NCBI GenBank assembly: GCA_034005145.1
Contig: JAVEVH010000001.1
Location: 1,899 to 65,898 of the forward strand
Source: Candidatus Dojkabacteria bacterium
GTDB lineage: Bacteria > Patescibacteriota > Dojkabacteria > SC72
Reading direction: 5' to 3'
DNA length: 64,000 bases
This document shows positions 59,797 to 64,000 of the stretch, in pieces; position 1 is the first letter of the stretch, and every line of letters begins with the position of its first letter. Below the pieces are notes generated by a model. It saw nothing but the letters and a program-made list of their open reading frames with translations. It was not told the origin of the DNA and did not search any database. Both the position numbers and the translations under genes were made by a program.

Positions 59797-60204
59797 TTAC
59801 TCTAATTCTACTTTTGCACCAGCTTCCTCAAATTTTGCTTTGAAAGCCTCTGCATCTTCTTTCTTTACTCCCTCTTTTACTGTCTGAGGAGCTGCTTCTA
59901 CAAGATCCTTAGCCTCTTTAAGACCAAGTTCTGTAATCTCTCTTACTACCTTGATTACACCAATCTTGTTACTACCTGCCTCCTTTAAAACAATATTGAA
60001 GACTGATTTCTCTACTACTTCTTCAGCTGCTGCTGCTGGAGCTGCTGCTACTGCCATAGGGGCTGCTGCACTTACTCCAAACTTGTCTTCCATTACCTTA
60101 ACAAGATCAGCTAGTTCTAAAACGGTCATTTTCTCAACCATTTCGATAACTTTTTGAGCATTGTCAGATAACTTTGGAAGCTCTTTGTTTACTTCGTCTG
60201 CCAT
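59797..60204 (-). CDS. rplL: 50S ribosomal protein L7/L12
   Basis: N-terminal dimerisation helix, Ala/Pro-rich hinge ([17 protein letters not shown]), conserved C-terminal domain. 135 aa. Confidence 0.9.
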   Translation of the reverse strand: MADEVNKELPKLSDNAQKVIEMVEKMTVLELADLVKVMEDKFGVSAAAPMAVAAAPAAAAEEVVEKSVFNIVLKEAGSNKIGVIKVVREITELGLKEAKDLVEAAPQTVKEGVKKEDAEAFKAKFEEAGAKVELE

Positions 60205-60238
60205 TGTATGTATATATTAAATAATTTAATTATTAATG

Positions 60239-60757
60239 TTATTTCTTTTCAGAAATTCCTTTTAATACCATTGTTAAACCTCTTACGTTCCCAGTTACTG
60301 CGTTCATAAAGCCTGTTAGAGGTGCATTCATAGTACCAACAAGTCTAGATAGTAATACTTCCTTAGATGGTATGTCTGCTAATTGCATTACTCGCTCTGC
60401 TGTTAAGAATTCTCCTTCATATACTCCACTTCTTGGTTCTAAGAGTTCTGCATCTTTTTGAATCTTTTTTACTAATTTTGCTGGTTCTGTTGGATCTTGT
60501 TCAAATGCTATTAATGCTGTTGGTCCATCAAAATCTTGTGTTTGTAATGGTTGTTTTGTATCTTGTAATGCTACTTTAAATATACTGTTTTTAAGTACAG
60601 TAAAATTAGCACCTACATCCTTTAATTGGATTTTAAGTGTAGTTACAGTAGCTGTATCTATCTTATCTGAGTTAACTAAAAGGTATCCTGATTTACTTTC
60701 TATTAAATCTTTATACTTTTTAAGCAACTCTTCTTTCTGAGTACGACTTTTAGACAT
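60239..60757 (-). CDS. rplJ: 50S ribosomal protein L10
   Basis: L10 family N-terminus MSKSRTQKEELLKKYKDLIESKSGYLLV... 172 aa, immediately upstream of rplL. Confidence 0.9.
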   Translation of the reverse strand: MSKSRTQKEELLKKYKDLIESKSGYLLVNSDKIDTATVTTLKIQLKDVGANFTVLKNSIFKVALQDTKQPLQTQDFDGPTALIAFEQDPTEPAKLVKKIQKDAELLEPRSGVYEGEFLTAERVMQLADIPSKEVLLSRLVGTMNAPLTGFMNAVTGNVRGLTMVLKGISEKK

Positions 60758-60884
60758 CTCTATGTTTATTTAATTAATATTGAATTACTATTTACCTCGT
60801 ATGGATTTATTTATATACCATACTTCTTCGGTTAAATACTAAAGGTGATTATATACAAAGTAAGAGTAGGGGTCAAGGGCTTTA

Positions 60885-60945
60885 CAGAAGGGAACTATTT
60901 ATATACTCATACGAGATATATTTTGAACTACATAGTTCCCTTCTG
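60885..60945 (-). promoter_or_regulatory. Perfect 14-bp inverted repeat (cagaagggaactat ... atagttcccttctg, 33-nt spacer) in the rplJ 5' leader: candidate L10(L12)4 autoregulatory leader structure
   Basis: Located between the inserted gene (ends 60975) and the rplJ start (60757). No U-run on the transcribed strand, so not an intrinsic terminator. Confidence 0.35.
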
Positions 60946-60974
60946 TTGTTTAAGCCTACCGAGTTTTTAAAATT

Positions 60975-61355
60975 TTACCAATTGGGGTCTGCTATAAGTT
61001 TTGGGGGGAGTTTACCAATAAAAATTTTAATACATTCCTGACAATCAGGCCTCCCTTCTTTCTGGGGCCTTGTTTTAACAATCTTTGTTAAAACAATTGT
61101 CTTATCTTTCAATTCTCTGACGTGGAAGCGAAAACCCTCTTTGGTTTCTATTATTGATTTTTGTGGCATTCCCTTACCTTCGATAACGTCTGAAATTTGA
61201 AAGGATCGACCTTTATGGTGCAAATGTTCGTCAGAAATGTAAACGCAATTGTTTTTTTGAGACCTACAATTGTAATCAGAAGCAATTACCTCTGGTGGTT
61301 CTTGCTCTTCTTTACAATCCTTGCAATATTGCTTAAACTCGCAAAAGTCACACAT
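60975..61355 (-). CDS. Cys-rich hypothetical protein (126 aa; CxxC...CxxC at both termini), inserted in the rplKAJL cluster
   Basis: Four CxxC-type pairs (CDFCEF, CKDC, CQEC...). Codon third positions visibly more G/C-rich than neighbouring genes. Confidence 0.45.
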   Translation of the reverse strand: MCDFCEFKQYCKDCKEEQEPPEVIASDYNCRSQKNNCVYISDEHLHHKGRSFQISDVIEGKGMPQKSIIETKEGFRFHVRELKDKTIVLTKIVKTRPQKEGRPDCQECIKIFIGKLPPKLIADPNW

Positions 61356-61466
61356 TTTGTTCTCCCTTTTTAACTACTGACACTTTTTTAATGAACAACG
61401 ATGGTCTCGGTAGACCTATTAACAAGCCACATTATATGCCTATAGGGTTAAAAATATCAAGTGTAA

Positions 61467-62786
61467 TTATATTCCCCAATCATCAAGATGTTTATATCTA
61501 TTAGATATCCTGTAAGTATCTTTCCCATTATGTGTAACTTTTTGTATGACCTCTGGCTTCTCTTTCCATATATTTCGCAACCTCTCTTGGTTGTATGTAA
61601 TAAGATTATTGTATATCTCTACAAGTTTTCTTAAGTTATTGGCAAAGACTGAGTCTTTTTCAGTTAATTCATACATATCCGCACGAAATTCAAAAGTATG
61701 TATGTCACTAAGATAGGGGGGCTCTCGTAGTGCTTGCGGATTCTCTTTAAGAATAGATGCAAATTTTGTAAGTTCATGTAAATCATCTAGGTAATCTTTT
61801 TTATGTTCGGCTTTTACATAAGGAGAACCGAGTAGAGTGTTTTCTAATAGTTTTGATTCTCCTAAATCACCCTTATTGGCGGTTTTTTCTGAAATAAAGG
61901 TCTCTCTCATACCCACTGCACTTATTTTTTCTTGTAGTTCTGGAACTATTGTTGGGTGATATTTAACGTCTTTTGAGGGCTCTATTGAAGCTTTTACTAC
62001 TTTCCAAAAAATATCTTGATCTTTGAAGTTACCAGGTAAAATTCTGAAATGCATATTTAAATACTCTGCGAGATCAATATTTAACATCTCTGCTCTTGCC
62101 TTTATATCTGGAAGTAAATCTCTGAGATCATATTCATTAAGGAAAATAATACCTTTCTCTAGTGGGATACTTACTCCTTCCTCATTGTATGCTGCCATAG
62201 CACTACCACTAGAAGCAATATCATTAGAGATTCTAGTACCTTCTAGGCCTGATACAGGTATTGCAAAAAATGCTCCAAATATGTAACTACCTCCACCTTC
62301 TCCATCTGTTTCTCTACCAGTTCTTGCTTCAAAACATACTCTATCTACATCAAAATAGGCTTCTCCATATCGAATCAGTTCTTGGCGAGTAAGCTCTCTT
62401 TTGCTTGGTGAGACTACTGCTCCCTGTTTAATTATTTTTCTTAGTACATCTTTATCCCAAGATATACCAAGTTCTCTTTTGTCAGAAGCTGGTAGGTTAC
62501 TATCGAAACCATGGATAAGGATGGATCCTTCTAATGGATTTCTAAGCCGTTCTGCATGTACCTTTTCTAATAGATCAGAGTAGGTGGGGTAATTATTTCT
62601 GAAATCGGAGGAATTTTCATAGTATCTTTTATATCTGTCTTTATCGGGAATATGGTAATGTTCCAGTTCTAACTCTTTAACCTTGGTAAATAGTTCTTCT
62701 CTAATCTTTTCTTCCTCTGGAGTGTATAGGTTCTCTGTTGTAATAGTTTCCATATTATTTATTCTATACATATTTAGTATAAACAA
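61467..62786 (-). CDS. Hypothetical protein (439 aa), inserted between rplA and rplJ
   Basis: Long ORF, no recognised motif, slightly elevated GC. Confidence 0.45.
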   Translation of the reverse strand: MFILNMYRINNMETITTENLYTPEEEKIREELFTKVKELELEHYHIPDKDRYKRYYENSSDFRNNYPTYSDLLEKVHAERLRNPLEGSILIHGFDSNLPASDKRELGISWDKDVLRKIIKQGAVVSPSKRELTRQELIRYGEAYFDVDRVCFEARTGRETDGEGGGSYIFGAFFAIPVSGLEGTRISNDIASSGSAMAAYNEEGVSIPLEKGIIFLNEYDLRDLLPDIKARAEMLNIDLAEYLNMHFRILPGNFKDQDIFWKVVKASIEPSKDVKYHPTIVPELQEKISAVGMRETFISEKTANKGDLGESKLLENTLLGSPYVKAEHKKDYLDDLHELTKFASILKENPQALREPPYLSDIHTFEFRADMYELTEKDSVFANNLRKLVEIYNNLITYNQERLRNIWKEKPEVIQKVTHNGKDTYRISNRYKHLDDWGI

Positions 62787-62831
62787 AAAGACCTCTTTTC
62801 AGAGGTCTTAATTATTGCTATTTATGATTAT

Positions 62832-63521
62832 TTACTCAGCTTTTTTATAATCTATCTTAAAGCTAGGACCCATTGTAGGAGCTATATGCATTCTCTCTAC
62901 AACCTGGTTATATGGTTTGCCTAATACATCTTCTACTGCTGAAATAGCTACTGAGATATTCTCTAATAGTTTTTCATCATCTAAATCTAATCTACCTGCT
63001 TTAATATGTATTACACCAGAGGTATCACAAGCAAATGTTTGTTTACCTTTCTTGTATTCCTCTATTGCAGATTTAAAATCATCAGTTACTGTTCCATTCT
63101 TAGGATTAGGCATTAATCCCTTAGGACCTAACTCTTTACCAAGTACAGCTATCTTAGCCATTACAGAAGGCATAGCTATAGCTACATCAAATGTAATTTT
63201 GTTTGCCTTAATATCTTTTATTAATGTATCTAAACCTACAAAGTCTGCACCTGCTTCCTTTGCTTCTTTCTCTTTCTCTGGTGTTGTAAATACTGCTATA
63301 GTAACACTCTTTACATCTGTAGAGTGGGGGAGTGATACTGCACCCTTAATAGATTTAGGATCTTTATCCTTAGATACTTTAATATCAAAATGTAACTCTA
63401 AACTACCTACAAAAGAGCTATATGAGGTCTTCTTAGCCTCTTTAATACCATCTTGTATAGAGTATGTCTTACTCCTATCTAAATCTTTTACTATCTTGTT
63501 ATATTTCTTTCCTCTTTTCAT
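62832..63521 (-). CDS. rplA: 50S ribosomal protein L1
   Basis: L1 family throughout (MKRGKKYNK...GAVSLPHSTDVKSVTIAVF...GLMPNPKNGTVT). 229 aa. Confidence 0.9.
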   Translation of the reverse strand: MKRGKKYNKIVKDLDRSKTYSIQDGIKEAKKTSYSSFVGSLELHFDIKVSKDKDPKSIKGAVSLPHSTDVKSVTIAVFTTPEKEKEAKEAGADFVGLDTLIKDIKANKITFDVAIAMPSVMAKIAVLGKELGPKGLMPNPKNGTVTDDFKSAIEEYKKGKQTFACDTSGVIHIKAGRLDLDDEKLLENISVAISAVEDVLGKPYNQVVERMHIAPTMGPSFKIDYKKAE

Positions 63522-63541
63522 TCTGTATTATTTTTTAAACA

Positions 63542-63967
63542 TTATATTTCAGTCTCTATACCCATCTGTCTTGCTGTACCAGCAATTATCTTTGCTGCTT
63601 GATCAGGATCTGATGTGTTTAGGTCTGGCATCTTAATTTCTACAATCTTTTTAATCTGCTCTTTAGAAAGTTTTCCTACTTTATCTAAGTTAGGTCTAGC
63701 AGAACCCTTCTTAATCTTTAACTCTCTCCTAATTAATTCTGATGTTGGAGGAGTCTTAGTTATGAAGTCAAAAGATCTATCATCATATATTGTAATGATT
63801 ACTGGTGTTAATATGCCTCCTGCTTCTCTAGTTTTTTCGTTAAACTGAGCACAGAACTCCTGTGTAGAGATACCGTATGGTGCTAATGTAGGACCAATTG
63901 GAGGTGCAGGTGTTGCTTGTCCTGCTGGTATTGTTATCTTAATTATTGCTTTTACTGGTTTTGCCAT
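63542..63967 (-). CDS. rplK: 50S ribosomal protein L11
   Basis: L11 N-terminal domain PAGQATPAPPIGPTLAPYGI and C-terminal RNA-binding domain. 141 aa. Confidence 0.9.
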   Translation of the reverse strand: MAKPVKAIIKITIPAGQATPAPPIGPTLAPYGISTQEFCAQFNEKTREAGGILTPVIITIYDDRSFDFITKTPPTSELIRRELKIKKGSARPNLDKVGKLSKEQIKKIVEIKMPDLNTSDPDQAAKIIAGTARQMGIETEI

Positions 63968-64000
63968 ATTAATATCTCAAATATTTTAAAGTTTACTTAC

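Noticed and set aside
60781-60884. Possible small hairpin accatacttcttcggttaaatac upstream of rplJ
   Set aside because: Complementarity too short or imperfect. The adjacent 14-bp inverted repeat is the convincing element.

Overview
This is a low-GC (about 33%) bacterial chromosomal window with tightly packed genes and standard genetic code (one TGA stop seen; TAA/TAG elsewhere; no in-frame TGA in long genes). The gene content points to a CPR/Patescibacteria-like organism: form II/III-type RuBisCO, archaeal-type ProRS, split ComEC, a 4-domain S1, and a giant surface protein. This lineage call is inference. Housekeeping genes present: nth-like glycosylase, rpsA, clpC, radA, rho, leuS, argS, proS, uvrA, rlmN, mreB, rplK-rplA-rplJ-rplL, seven tRNAs (2 Ala, 3 Arg, 1 Pro; tRNA-Arg(GCG)/(UCG) sit directly upstream of argS), and an ECF sigma/anti-sigma pair. 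Accessory content: (i) a 16-kb gene for a 5357-aa secreted/anchored giant protein with five near-identical ~315-bp internal direct repeats, a Hep_Hag-like repeat block and an internal phage-tail-spike-type S74 intramolecular-chaperone/autoprotease domain. It is translationally coupled (TAATG) to a 965-aa membrane-anchored protein and is followed by an anchored cyclophilin, ComEA and a split ComEC. (ii) A convergent locus of mreB plus a DUF1704/QEGLA-type HExxH peptidase facing a five-gene operon of four ATP-grasp ligases (RimK-like, two CphA-N-like, one alpha-L-glutamate-ligase-related) and a polytopic membrane protein. This is my best candidate for an undescribed ligation/trimming system. (iii) An independent ~240-nt promoter-to-terminator unit between radA and rho (unidentified ncRNA). 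(iv) Two compositionally deviant genes inserted inside the rplKA|JL cluster. (v) A recurring extended -10 'TGGTATAAT' placed 5-14 nt upstream of several start codons, suggesting leaderless mRNAs. Coordinates for hand-called elements (tRNAs, promoters, terminators, repeats) are approximate to about ±2 nt.
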